A DNA stretch of 64,000 bases. Source: an uncultured Collinsella sp. GTDB lineage: Bacteria > Actinomycetota > Coriobacteriia > Coriobacteriales > Coriobacteriaceae. Shown here piece by piece: positions 7,499 to 17,078 of the stretch (the first letter of the stretch is position 1; each line of letters starts with the position of its first letter). Made by a program: the position numbers and the translations under genes. The notes beneath the pieces are model-generated. The model worked only from the letters and a program-made list of their open reading frames with translations, searched no databases and was not told the DNA's origin. The DNA lies in contig CALGZX010000056.1 of the NCBI GenBank assembly GCA_937934165.1, positions 25,287-89,286 on the forward strand. The letters are read 5' to 3'.

Positions 7499-10161
7499 TC
7501 TTGGACTTTGAGCGCCTCGGCCAGGCCCACACGTTTGATGGAACGCATGTGCAGCAGCGCCACGACCAGGTAGGTCGCAAAGCCGATTCCTGCGCACGCC
7601 GCCATGGACCAAGCGGGCACGTAGATCTCGATATTGCCGTTATAGGCGAGCAGCATCGAGCGGAAGATGGCCGTGAGCGAGCCAATAATGACCGGCAGGC
7701 TCAGCACGAGTGACGCCGCAACGCACAACGTGATCGAGCGGATGTACAGATGCGAAATCTCGCTATCGCGATAGCCAAAGACTTTCATGTAGCTGATCGA
7801 ACGGGCGCTGTGGTCGATCACAGCCTTGGTCAGCAGGTACATAAACAGCAAGAAGATGAACACCGCAAGCCCAACCATCATTCCGATCATTTTGCTCATC
7901 ATGCCGATGAATTGGTCGCCCACGGCGCGCATGTCGTCGGGCGTGGTGTCGCCGGCAAAGTAACGAGCATCGAGGTCGAGCTTCTCGTTGCTCACATAGC
8001 CGTTAAAGTAGGCGGCGTCGTTGTCGAACAGCTCATTAAAGTCGTCGATACTCATATAGATATTCATGTCCGACTTGGAGCCCCAGGCACAGTCCTTGCC
8101 CGCGTACTCAAGGGAATAATACTCACCCTCGTACTTGTCGCTGAGCGTGACCTTCTGGCCCTCGCTCCAGCCAAACTTGTCGAGCAAGCCACCGCCAAAG
8201 ACAACGCGTCCGTTGCCGACGTCCAGCCCTTTCCAGTAGCGCGAATCGGGCGAGATGCCGTAGATGGAAATCGTCTCCTCGCCATTTCCGCCACCGCGGT
8301 CGTATTGCAGCTGGTAGACGGCGTATTTCTCAGCCTGTGCGATTGCGCCCGCGCCGTTATCGGTCGTATTGACCGGGTGGATATCGTCGTTGTCGGTGTC
8401 AATCTTAGAGGCCTTGCCGATCAGGTCGATAGCCTCATCGCGGTCGCAGCCGAGAGCATCGGCAAGGTCATCGAGGCGCGCATAAAGCGCATCCTTCTTG
8501 TCCTGGACCTTGGCGAGCGCGTCCTGCGCTGCGGCCAGGCTCTCGGCAGACGGAGATGCGGTCGCGGCATCGGCTGCCGCCTGCGCCGCATCGGCCGCGT
8601 CGTCAAGCTCGTCATCGGCATCTTGGGCGGCAGAAAGCAGTGCGCCGTCAACCGACTGCAAGCGCTCGAGTGCCGACCACTGTTCGCGCTCCTCGGCGGT
8701 GCCCTCGAGCTCCAGCGGAGCCTTGAGCGTGTACTGGTGCTCGGCGACCAGGCTTGTCTCGAGGTTGTCGGCGTAGTGCGTCATCGTGGGCAGAATCGCC
8801 AGGCCAAAGAGCAGCAGCAGCGAGGCAAACGCAATGCCCACGAAGAGCGTGGCGAAGTTGCCCAGGTTGCGCAGGAAGATACGCAGGCGGAAGCGCGAGA
8901 CAAAGCCCATTCGCTCCGGCAGCCGCAGGCCGCGCTTGGTGCCAGACTTGCCGCTCGCCTCGTGGCGAAGAAACTGCAACGGCGTCTTGCCCATTTTGCG
9001 AAGCAGGCCCACCAGCGTGATGAGAATGAGCGCGGCGGCGGGAACCACGGCGCACTTCACAAAGATCTCCCAGCTCCAGTACACCTGGAAGGGCGGCAGG
9101 CTGTACGAGTCGTAATAGAGGCTGCGCATGGGCTCGGTAAAGAACACGACGCCGAGCGCAGTGCCCAAAAGCGCCGCGACCACGCCCGCGATGGCGGGAA
9201 GCGCAAGGTAGTGCAGCACGATCTCGCGTCGACGATAGCCGCTGGCAAGCAGCGTGCCGATGATGGCGCTCTCCTCCTCGATGGTGGCGTCGGTAAGGAC
9301 CACAAAGACGAACGCCATGATCACGATGATGATGTCGAGCAGCGTCATCCACATCATGGAGTCGCCGTCTACGTCGTCGCGCGCGTAGCCAATGCCCTGG
9401 TTGGAATCGGCATCGATCAGGTCGTCGACGCACGCATCGGCATCGGTCAGCGCCTCGACCATATCCTGCTCGGCATCGATGCGGTCTGCAGTGGAGAGAT
9501 CGCGATCGGCAAAGGTGAAGGAGTAGGTGTAGTCAGGCGCGCCGCCGGCATCCTCGAGCGCGGCAAAGCCGGCGTCGGTGACCTCGGCAACACCATAGGT
9601 GATGGTGTTCACCGTAAAGTCCGAATTGTTGAGGAACAGCGCCTGGCTATCGGGCTGGGTCATGATGCCGCAGATGGTGTAGGTGCGGCCCTCAAGCTCG
9701 ACCTTATCGCCCACGGCGAGGTCGTTGTTGGTGGCGAAGACACGGTCGATTGCCACCTCATCGTCCGCCTTGGGTTCCCTGCCCTCACAGTAGGACGCGA
9801 TATCGACCTTGGTGCGGTGCGCATAGGTGCGCAGCGTGCGCTTGGTGCCGTCGTCGCCGGCGGTCTTTTTGATGATGGCGTCGATGGAGAAATTCTTGTA
9901 GAGCGTGACGCCGCCGACATCGCCGGCCGCGTCCTCGGCAGCCTTGAGCTGGTCTTTGGTGGCCTCGAAGGAGGTGGTCACGCGGCCGCCCTCGATCGTG
10001 TACGCATCGCGCATGTCATCGATAAGGCAACCGATGGAGTGGGCCGCGAGCAAAAAGCCCGAGGTGAGGGCGATGCTTCCGCACATAAGAAGAAAGATGC
10101 CCAGGTACTTGCCGATATTGCGGCGCAGCTCGCGCGGGAGACGTTTTGCGAGAGGTGTCAT
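7495..10161 (-). CDS. MacB/FtsX-type ABC transporter permease (two FtsX modules, large extracytoplasmic domains)
   Basis: About 888 aa from the ATG at 10161 (MTPLAKRLPRELRRNIGKYL); the track start at 10176 is TTG. There are TM bundles at both ends and in the middle, and the gene lies immediately downstream of the ATPase gene. Confidence 0.8.
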   Translation of the reverse strand: MTPLAKRLPRELRRNIGKYLGIFLLMCGSIALTSGFLLAAHSIGCLIDDMRDAYTIEGGRVTTSFEATKDQLKAAEDAAGDVGGVTLYKNFSIDAIIKKTAGDDGTKRTLRTYAHRTKVDIASYCEGREPKADDEVAIDRVFATNNDLAVGDKVELEGRTYTICGIMTQPDSQALFLNNSDFTVNTITYGVAEVTDAGFAALEDAGGAPDYTYSFTFADRDLSTADRIDAEQDMVEALTDADACVDDLIDADSNQGIGYARDDVDGDSMMWMTLLDIIIVIMAFVFVVLTDATIEEESAIIGTLLASGYRRREIVLHYLALPAIAGVVAALLGTALGVVFFTEPMRSLYYDSYSLPPFQVYWSWEIFVKCAVVPAAALILITLVGLLRKMGKTPLQFLRHEASGKSGTKRGLRLPERMGFVSRFRLRIFLRNLGNFATLFVGIAFASLLLLFGLAILPTMTHYADNLETSLVAEHQYTLKAPLELEGTAEEREQWSALERLQSVDGALLSAAQDADDELDDAADAAQAAADAATASPSAESLAAAQDALAKVQDKKDALYARLDDLADALGCDRDEAIDLIGKASKIDTDNDDIHPVNTTDNGAGAIAQAEKYAVYQLQYDRGGGNGEETISIYGISPDSRYWKGLDVGNGRVVFGGGLLDKFGWSEGQKVTLSDKYEGEYYSLEYAGKDCAWGSKSDMNIYMSIDDFNELFDNDAAYFNGYVSNEKLDLDARYFAGDTTPDDMRAVGDQFIGMMSKMIGMMVGLAVFIFLLFMYLLTKAVIDHSARSISYMKVFGYRDSEISHLYIRSITLCVAASLVLSLPVIIGSLTAIFRSMLLAYNGNIEIYVPAWSMAACAGIGFATYLVVALLHMRSIKRVGLAEALKVQE

Positions 10162-10169
10162 GGCGCCGC

Positions 10170-10883
<714 letters not shown>

Positions 10884-10976
10884 GGTATCCCCCGTTGTTA
10901 GCCTCGTACTACTTTATGAGCGTAATAGTAAACCATGGCGAACTATTTTGGAGCGAGGCCTGGATTTTATTTCAGA

Positions 10977-11193
10977 CTAGTCATTGGGGACGTTCTTAAA
11001 TGACTAGCTGTTAGGGACACTCTTTCGCCACCCGGCAGTTGGGGACGTTCCTTTCCTACCGGCAGTTGGGGACAGTCTTTGCCAACCCAGCCGGCAAAAC
11101 AGCCGATCGGCAAAGACTGTCCCCAATGACTAGTCGTTTAAGTCTGTCCCCAATGACCACTCTTGGTCGTTTAAGTCTGTCCCCAATGAGTAC
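10977..11193. repeat. array of 7 GGGGAC-core repeat units: 4 forward, then 3 reverse
   Basis: TTGGGGAC occurs at 10984, 11039 and 11066, plus a degenerate TTAGGGAC near 11011. GTCCCCAA occurs at 11119, 11146 and 11179. The central pair TTGGGGACAGTCTTTGCC / GGCAAAGACTGTCCCCAA is an 18-bp inverted repeat. Confidence 0.85.
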
Positions 11194-11208
11194 CCGATGA
11201 CTAGGTGA

Positions 11209-12414
11209 CTAGGCGCGGGATTTGGCGCGTGAGAGGGCCAGGCCTACGGCGGCAATGGCGGCGGCGAAGAGCACGGTGACGCCCAGGTCGCAGGCGATGT
11301 CGCCCAACACGGTGGACGTCAGATCCGAAGCGAGCGCCTTGCCAATCGCGTCGTTCACCCAATACGTCGGCACAAAGTGCGCCACCGTCTGCACGGCCGA
11401 GCCCATCAGCGACAGCGGCATCCAAGCGCCGCCCAAAAACGTCATGAGCATGCCGAGCAGGTTGCCCACACCGTTAAGCAGCTCCTCGCGCGCACCCAGG
11501 CTCGATAGCGCAAAGCCAACGGCCAGAGGCGTGCACGCCAGGGCAAACGTCGCCGCCAGCGCCAGACACACGCGACCCACGCCGACCTCGGCGACCGCGC
11601 CGGCAAAGCCCACGACGCCCATCATGCTCGACACAAACCAGATGCAGACGGTGATCACGGCGGCGGCCGCAAACACGGCAAGCGAGCGCCGGCGCTCAGA
11701 GATTGGGCCGGCATCCATACGACGTACGCGCTCGGGCTCGTTCATGCCCGAGAACACCAACCCCACCGATACGATGACCGACGAGATAATCGCGTAGGCG
11801 CCAAAGTTGAAATACGACTCGAGCGTAGCAGCGGCTGTCGAGTCGACCTTGACCTGCTCAATCTCGACCTCCGCGCGCTTCGCGGCAGCATGCTCGGCAG
11901 CCTTGGCAACGTCGCCGTTGGAGGCAGTGGGCTCAAGTGCCGCCGCAGCACCCGCGAGCGAGATCCAGCGCGAGGCCTCGGCAGACGAAAGCGCTGCCGC
12001 CATGGTGCCGGCACCGTAGGTCACATCGAGCTTGGGCAGGGACTCCCCCGCTCGGGCGGCTGCGATCAGGTCATCCTCAAACCCCTCCGGGATAAAGAAC
12101 ACGCAGTCGGCGCTGCCCTTGGCGCTGTTGCTCTTTGAGAGCGCGTCCGCGAGGTCGTAGGTATCGTCGCCGACGCCCGTGACCAGCTCAAAGCGCGAAC
12201 CCAGATGCTTGGTAAGCGCACGCGAAAGGTCGCTGTCGTCGCGGTCGACCACGATCACGTTGGTGTCGTAGGGCTTGTACTCGGTGAGCTGCGACGAGTT
12301 CCAGCTCACCGATGCCGCGATAAACACGCCCAACAGCGAAATAAACACCGTGTAGATGAGCAGATAGAGCGGGTGTGTGAGCGCCATGCGAAGCGCAGTC
12401 TTAAAGGTGCTCAT
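11209..12414 (-). CDS. ABC-2 type transporter permease
   Basis: Start at the ATG at 12414 (MSTFKTALRMALTHPLYLLIY) with a GGAAGGAG SD. There is an N-terminal TM, a large extracytoplasmic loop and a C-terminal multi-TM bundle. It overlaps the previous permease gene by 14 nt. Confidence 0.7.
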   Translation of the reverse strand: MSTFKTALRMALTHPLYLLIYTVFISLLGVFIAASVSWNSSQLTEYKPYDTNVIVVDRDDSDLSRALTKHLGSRFELVTGVGDDTYDLADALSKSNSAKGSADCVFFIPEGFEDDLIAAARAGESLPKLDVTYGAGTMAAALSSAEASRWISLAGAAAALEPTASNGDVAKAAEHAAAKRAEVEIEQVKVDSTAAATLESYFNFGAYAIISSVIVSVGLVFSGMNEPERVRRMDAGPISERRRSLAVFAAAAVITVCIWFVSSMMGVVGFAGAVAEVGVGRVCLALAATFALACTPLAVGFALSSLGAREELLNGVGNLLGMLMTFLGGAWMPLSLMGSAVQTVAHFVPTYWVNDAIGKALASDLTSTVLGDIACDLGVTVLFAAAIAAVGLALSRAKSRA

Positions 12415-13588
12415 AGCGGCTCCTTCCAAAGATCAGCGTGGCGGCGGCAACGAACAGCAGCGCCATAAGGACCAGCGCGCCGGCGCGAACGGCAAAGGGA
12501 CCCAGGTCCTCAAAGAAATACAGGCGGTTGAACATGTCACAGACAAGCTTGACGGGGTTGAGCCAGCACTCGGCCGGGCAGGCGCGGGCGACGTCGTCGG
12601 CAAGCGCCATCGCCGGCTCGCCGTAGAGGCCGGCGAACAGGGCGCACGTGGTGGCAAAGCCCGTGAGGATGCCCGACTTGGACGCCTTGCCGCCCTTAAC
12701 GGGAAGCGTGCCCACAAAGAGTCCCAAGCCCGTGGCGGCAAGCGCGGAAGCGGCGCCGCCCATCAAACACAGCCCCTCACGCCCGCCAAAGTCGACGCCC
12801 ACGACCAAGCGCACGTAGCCGATCGCGATCGTCATCGAGGCAAAGGAAACCAGCCAAGAGCCCACAAAGATACCGGCCAGCGATGCCGTCTTGGAAAGGC
12901 CGCCCACGCAGCGACGTGCGCCAAGGCCGGACAGATTGGGTTGCAAATCGACGACGCTCAAGGCGGCAAACTCAGCAGACATCATCGCAACCAGGCCAAA
13001 GAGCGCGTAGTAGTAGATGACCGTGCTATCGGGCGTGGCACGCGTCAGGCTCACGCGGCGGGTTCCACCCTCGAGCGACAGGGCGCGCGCGACCGCCGCC
13101 GAATCGGCAAGGGCAGCCGGGTTGTCTTGGGCAATCTGGGACATGAGCTCGGCATTTTGTGTATACGAGCTTGCCACCGTCTCCAGAATACTGCGGTCGG
13201 TGAGCACCGACGACGCACGCGAGCTGTCATAGCTCGAAAGCAACGTGAGTTTGGGCGTGCCCGCGTCGTCAACCGTATAGATGCCCGCGACCTCGCCGGC
13301 CTTGAGTGCACGGTTCGCAGCAGCCGCGTCGTCGCACTCGTGAATCTTGAGCAGCTGGTCGTCGCCCTCCTTGGCAAGTGACGTCGCCACATCCTTAAAG
13401 GTCGAAGCGTCCCAGGCCCCGTCCGCCACGATGGCAACCGGCACCGGGTCGATCTTGCCGTCGGAGCTGAGATTCGCAAACATAAACATGAACATCGTGG
13501 AAAGCGCGATGGGAAAGAGGGCGCCCCAGACCCATGTGCTCGGCCGACGCAGCAGCGTCTTGACCGCAATGATAATGGTGTTGAACAT
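12401..13588 (-). CDS. ABC-2 type transporter permease
   Basis: 395 aa with the same architecture as its paralogous neighbour, lying downstream of the ATPase gene. Confidence 0.7.
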   Translation of the reverse strand: MFNTIIIAVKTLLRRPSTWVWGALFPIALSTMFMFMFANLSSDGKIDPVPVAIVADGAWDASTFKDVATSLAKEGDDQLLKIHECDDAAAANRALKAGEVAGIYTVDDAGTPKLTLLSSYDSSRASSVLTDRSILETVASSYTQNAELMSQIAQDNPAALADSAAVARALSLEGGTRRVSLTRATPDSTVIYYYALFGLVAMMSAEFAALSVVDLQPNLSGLGARRCVGGLSKTASLAGIFVGSWLVSFASMTIAIGYVRLVVGVDFGGREGLCLMGGAASALAATGLGLFVGTLPVKGGKASKSGILTGFATTCALFAGLYGEPAMALADDVARACPAECWLNPVKLVCDMFNRLYFFEDLGPFAVRAGALVLMALLFVAAATLIFGRSRYEHL

Positions 13589-13597
13589 GGCTGCCCC

Positions 13598-14536
13598 CTA
13601 GTCGCGCAGCTCGCGGCCGGTGATCTCGAGGAACACGTCGTTGAGGGTCGGAGGCTCGGAAAAGATGCGGCCAAGCGGCACGTCGTACGAACGCAGCGCG
13701 TCGAGGATGTCGGTCAGGTTATGTGGGCTCGCCTCGCACGAAAACGTGAGCTGCCCCGCGGTTGCCGCAAGGTCCAGAACGTGCGGCAGGCTCGCAACGG
13801 CACCGAGCGCCGCGCTCGAAACCTCACCGACCTCAATTACGATCTTCTCGCCCATCTGAATCATGCGCTTGAGCTCGTCGTTGGTGCCCTGCGCCAGCAC
13901 GCGCCCTCCATCCATGATCATGATGCGGCTGCAAATCTGCTCGACTTCCTCCATGTAATGGCTGGTATACACCACCGTGGCGCCCTCGTCGCGCAGGCGG
14001 CAGATGCCCTCCAGGATGGCGTTGCGGCTCTGCGGGTCGACCGCCACCGTGGGCTCGTCAAAGAAGATGAGCTCGGGCTTGTGCGCGATACCGCAGGCGA
14101 TGTTGAGGCGACGCGCCAGGCCGCCCGAGAGCTTGCCGGGGCGAAACTTGGTAAAGTCGCCCAGCCCGACAAAGTCGATCGCCTCGTCCACCAGCGCGCG
14201 GCGGCGCTTGCGGTCGTTGACGTAAAGGCTGCAGAAATAGTCGATGTTCTCGCGCACCGTAAGCTCGTCAAACACCGCCACCTGCTGCGGCACCACACCG
14301 ATGCGGCGCTTGAGGTCGTAGCGGGCGGGCGTCATGGGCTCGCCGAACAGCTCGATGGTGCCTTTGTCGTAGGCGAGCAGCTGCAGAATGCAGTTGATGG
14401 ACGTGGTCTTGCCCGAGCCGTTGGGGCCCAGCAGGCCAAAGATCTCGCCGGGGGCGATGCTCAGGCTAAAGTGGTCGAGCGCGATAAGGTCGTCGTAGCG
14501 CTTGACGAGGTTTTCGACGTGGACGATGTCTGTCAT
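13598..14536 (-). CDS. ABC transporter ATP-binding protein (ABC-2/DrrA-like)
   Basis: Start trimmed to the ATG at 14536 (MTDIVHVENLVKRYDD). Walker A GPNGSGKTT, signature LSGGLARRL, Walker B LIFFDEPT, and the C-terminal extra domain typical of DrrA/CcmA-like ATPases. Confidence 0.9.
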   Translation of the reverse strand: MTDIVHVENLVKRYDDLIALDHFSLSIAPGEIFGLLGPNGSGKTTSINCILQLLAYDKGTIELFGEPMTPARYDLKRRIGVVPQQVAVFDELTVRENIDYFCSLYVNDRKRRRALVDEAIDFVGLGDFTKFRPGKLSGGLARRLNIACGIAHKPELIFFDEPTVAVDPQSRNAILEGICRLRDEGATVVYTSHYMEEVEQICSRIMIMDGGRVLAQGTNDELKRMIQMGEKIVIEVGEVSSAALGAVASLPHVLDLAATAGQLTFSCEASPHNLTDILDALRSYDVPLGRIFSEPPTLNDVFLEITGRELRD

Positions 14537-14733
14537 GAGGCGGCCCTTCTGTTGATTGCGGCCCGGTACGATTGCATCATCGCAGGAGCGAGCGGCGCGC
14601 ACCAGTGAGCTTTGTCACGAGTGCGGAGCTTGGCCGTGCGGCCTGCCGACGTCCCCGCTTTGCCGCGTGGGAGGAATGTCACGGTTGCGCAGGCGGTCCC
14701 TCCACCACGCGCGGCTTCGCGTACAATACCCGT

Positions 14734-15879
14734 ATGAACAGGCTTTTCGACAAATCGATCGTGCTGGCGTGCTGTATTGCGGCCGCCATGGGTCTTGCTG
14801 TGGACGCTCGCCTGGTCGCGGCGTTTTGCCTTGGCGTTATTGCCACCTCGCTGGCCGAGGTCGTACAGGGAAACCGCGCCCGCCGTGTGAGCGAGGCCGC
14901 GAGCTACGCCTGCATCATCGCGGCTGTCTTCGTGCCGCCGTTTGTGCCGTTTGCGCCTCTCGCTCTCTATGACATCGCGCGACGCGTTCGCCGTGAACGA
15001 ATCTGGCCCGCGCTGGCGATTGGCGCCGTGTTTGTCTGCGCGCTTGTCGCGGACCTTCGTGGTGGCGTGCTCACCACCCGAACGCTGCTGTTAACCGCCA
15101 TCCTTTCGGTTGCCGCCATCTTGCTATCGCTACGCACCGCCCAGTTGGAGCGCGAGCAGCGGCGCATGCGCCGCACCCGCGACGAGCTGCAGGAACGAGC
15201 CCTCGCGCTCGAGGCGCGCAACCGCGATCTTGCCGATCGCCAGGACTACGAAGTCGAGCTCGCGACGCTCGCCGAACGCGCCCGCATCGCGCGCGAGATC
15301 CACGATAACGTCGGGCACCAGCTCACGCGCGCCTCACTGCAGGCCGAAGCCCTACGCGTGGTCCACGCCGACGAGCCTGGCGTCGCCGCCGATTTCGCCG
15401 ACGTTAAACGCACGGTTGACGAGGCGCTCCAGCTTGTGCGCACCAGCGTCCACGCGCTCAACGACAACGCCGTCGACCTTTCCGTGCAGCTCGAACGCAT
15501 TGTCGAAGGCACACGCTCGGACGGCGGCCCGCAGATTGAGCTTGAAGTTATGGCCGAACATGCGCCCGCAAACGTTGCCAACTGCTTTGCAGCGGTCCTG
15601 CGCGAAGCGCTCTCCAATACCATGCGCCACGCTTGCGCCCAGACCGTCACCGTACGGTGCATGGAGCATCCGTCGTTTTACCAGCTCATTGTTACCGACG
15701 ATGGCGTGGGTGAGGTCCAAGCAAGCGGCCGCGGCACCGCGGAGGGCATGGGGCTCGCCTCCATGCGCGAGCGCATCGAGGCGCTTGGCGGCACCTTCAC
15801 CGCCGGCCCGCGTGCCGGCGCCGGCGGCTGGCGTGTGTTTGCCACCGTTCCCAAACAGCAAGGAGATGAGGGCCGATGA
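14734..15879 (+). CDS. sensor histidine kinase, HisKA_3 (DesK/LiaS/NarX-like) with multi-TM sensor
   Basis: Start trimmed to the ATG at 14734 (MNRLFDKSIV). It has about 5 TM helices, a coiled coil, the H-box REIHDNVGHQLTRA, and a HATPase_c domain (NTMRHA, DDGVG, GMGLASMRER). TACAAT at 14722-14727 lies 7 nt before the ATG, so a leaderless mRNA is possible. Confidence 0.85.
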   Translation: MNRLFDKSIVLACCIAAAMGLAVDARLVAAFCLGVIATSLAEVVQGNRARRVSEAASYACIIAAVFVPPFVPFAPLALYDIARRVRRERIWPALAIGAVFVCALVADLRGGVLTTRTLLLTAILSVAAILLSLRTAQLEREQRRMRRTRDELQERALALEARNRDLADRQDYEVELATLAERARIAREIHDNVGHQLTRASLQAEALRVVHADEPGVAADFADVKRTVDEALQLVRTSVHALNDNAVDLSVQLERIVEGTRSDGGPQIELEVMAEHAPANVANCFAAVLREALSNTMRHACAQTVTVRCMEHPSFYQLIVTDDGVGEVQASGRGTAEGMGLASMRERIEALGGTFTAGPRAGAGGWRVFATVPKQQGDEGR

Positions 15880-16505
15880 GGCTCATCGTTGTCGACGACG
15901 ACCGCTTGGTGGTCGATTCACTCAAGATTATCTTGGGCGCCCAGCCGCAGATCGAAGTGGTGGGCACCGGTGCCAACGGCAACGATGCGGTGGCGCTCTA
16001 CGCCGAGCACGCACCCGATATTGCGCTGCTCGACATCCAGATGCCGGGACGCGACGGCCTTTCGGCCGCGCGCGAGATCCTTGAGCACGACCCTGCGGCG
16101 CGCGTGGTGTTTCTGACGACATTCTCGGATGACGAATACATTGTGTCGGCGCTCAAACTGGGCGCGCGCGGCTACTTGATTAAAACCGACGCCGCTGCCA
16201 TCCCTCCCGCGTTGACGCAGGTCATGGATGGCAAACGCGTGCTCGAGGGCAAGGCGATCGAGGATATCAACTTTGATGGGGCGGGCGTCGAGGCCGGCAC
16301 GACCCGCCGGCCCGCGGCCTTTGTCAGCCTGACCGACCGCGAGTTCGAAGTCGCCGAGCTCATCGCCCGCGGCCTCGACAACAAGGAGATTGCCGCCACC
16401 GCCTATATGGGCGAAGGCACCGTACGCAACCACATCAGCTCGATCCTTGCCAAAATGGGCCTACGCAACCGCACCCAAATCGCCATCGCCTATCTGCGAG
16501 GCTAG
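15876..16505 (+). CDS. LuxR/NarL-family response regulator
   Basis: ATGA overlap with the kinase gene. Receiver domain (VVDDD...DIALLDIQMPGRDG...K) plus a C-terminal GerE HTH (LTDREFEVAELIARGLDNKEIAA...VRNHISSILAKMG). Confidence 0.92.
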   Translation: MRLIVVDDDRLVVDSLKIILGAQPQIEVVGTGANGNDAVALYAEHAPDIALLDIQMPGRDGLSAAREILEHDPAARVVFLTTFSDDEYIVSALKLGARGYLIKTDAAAIPPALTQVMDGKRVLEGKAIEDINFDGAGVEAGTTRRPAAFVSLTDREFEVAELIARGLDNKEIAATAYMGEGTVRNHISSILAKMGLRNRTQIAIAYLRG

Positions 16506-16535
16506 CCGCTGGCTGCCGCCAATTTGATGCCATTT

Positions 16536-16689
16536 CAAAACTATGCCGGTTTACTACGATGAACCGCATATCTCCGACCACGGCAAATTGCGCACTTACA
16601 AAACCGCAGGTAGAACACTTGCGATATTTGCAAAAATGCGGGTGTGGTCAGGAATCTCGGATTCATCGTAGTAAACCGGCATAGTTTTG
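16536..16689. repeat. about 154-nt nested palindromic element (copy E1, inverted relative to E2-E4)
   Basis: Terminal inverted repeat CAAAACTATGCCGGTTTACTACGATGAA ... TTCATCGTAGTAAACCGGCATAGTTTTG. The core CAAAACCGCAGGTAGAAC is the reverse complement of the GTTCTACCTGCGGTTTTG core of the other copies. Confidence 0.8.
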
Positions 16690-16733
16690 TTCGGGCGGCC
16701 CTGCACGAGTGTCTCCGCCAGCCTCGTGGGACC

Positions 16734-16942
16734 AAAATGAGCCGTTTTCCTCCGTCCCCAATGGATCAGCCGAAACCGCCCGCCACGAAATCGGCCCATC
16801 TACTACGTTTGACTCGATACCCCTGACCATACCTTCGTTTTGAACAAAACCGCAGGCGTTCTACCTGCGGTTTTGTTTTTGCGCTTTTCGGCATGGTTGG
16901 GGGTAAGGGGCTAAACGTAGTAGATGGGCCGGTTTCGTGGCG
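16734..16942. repeat. leader module plus about 160-nt nested palindromic element (copy E2) with internal terminator-like hairpin
   Basis: Module AAAATGAGCCGTTTTCCTCCGTCCCCAATGGATCAG. The long inverted repeat is CGCCACGAAATCGGCCCATCTACTACGTTT ... AAACGTAGTAGATGGGCCGGTTTCGTGGCG. The centre is AAAACCGCAGG-CGTTCTA-CCTGCGGTTTTGTTTTT (16846-16880). Confidence 0.85.
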
Positions 16943-17041
16943 CGCCCTCCTCCCCAACGCACAAAAGTGCCACCACGGAGGAGGGAGATGCCTCCGTGGC
17001 GGCTGGGGGTAGGAGTAGGTCGGGATTTAGCCCTGCCGGCC

Positions 17042-17065
17042 GCCCGGGGCCTTTTGGCCCCGGGC
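17042..17065 (-). terminator. GC-rich stem-loop just downstream of the adhesin stop codon
   Basis: GCCCGGGGCC-TTTT-GGCCCCGGGC, 14 nt past the stop at 17079-17081. It has no clear U-tract. Confidence 0.45.
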
Positions 17066-17078
17066 GCTGTCGACGTGC

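Noticed and set aside
10977-11193. Possible CRISPR array or cas-less mini-array formed by the GGGGAC repeats.
   Set aside because: The units switch orientation midway (4 forward, 3 reverse), their spacing is irregular, the sequences between cores are part of the hairpin arms, and the same unit is dispersed singly elsewhere. This behaviour is REP/MITE-like.
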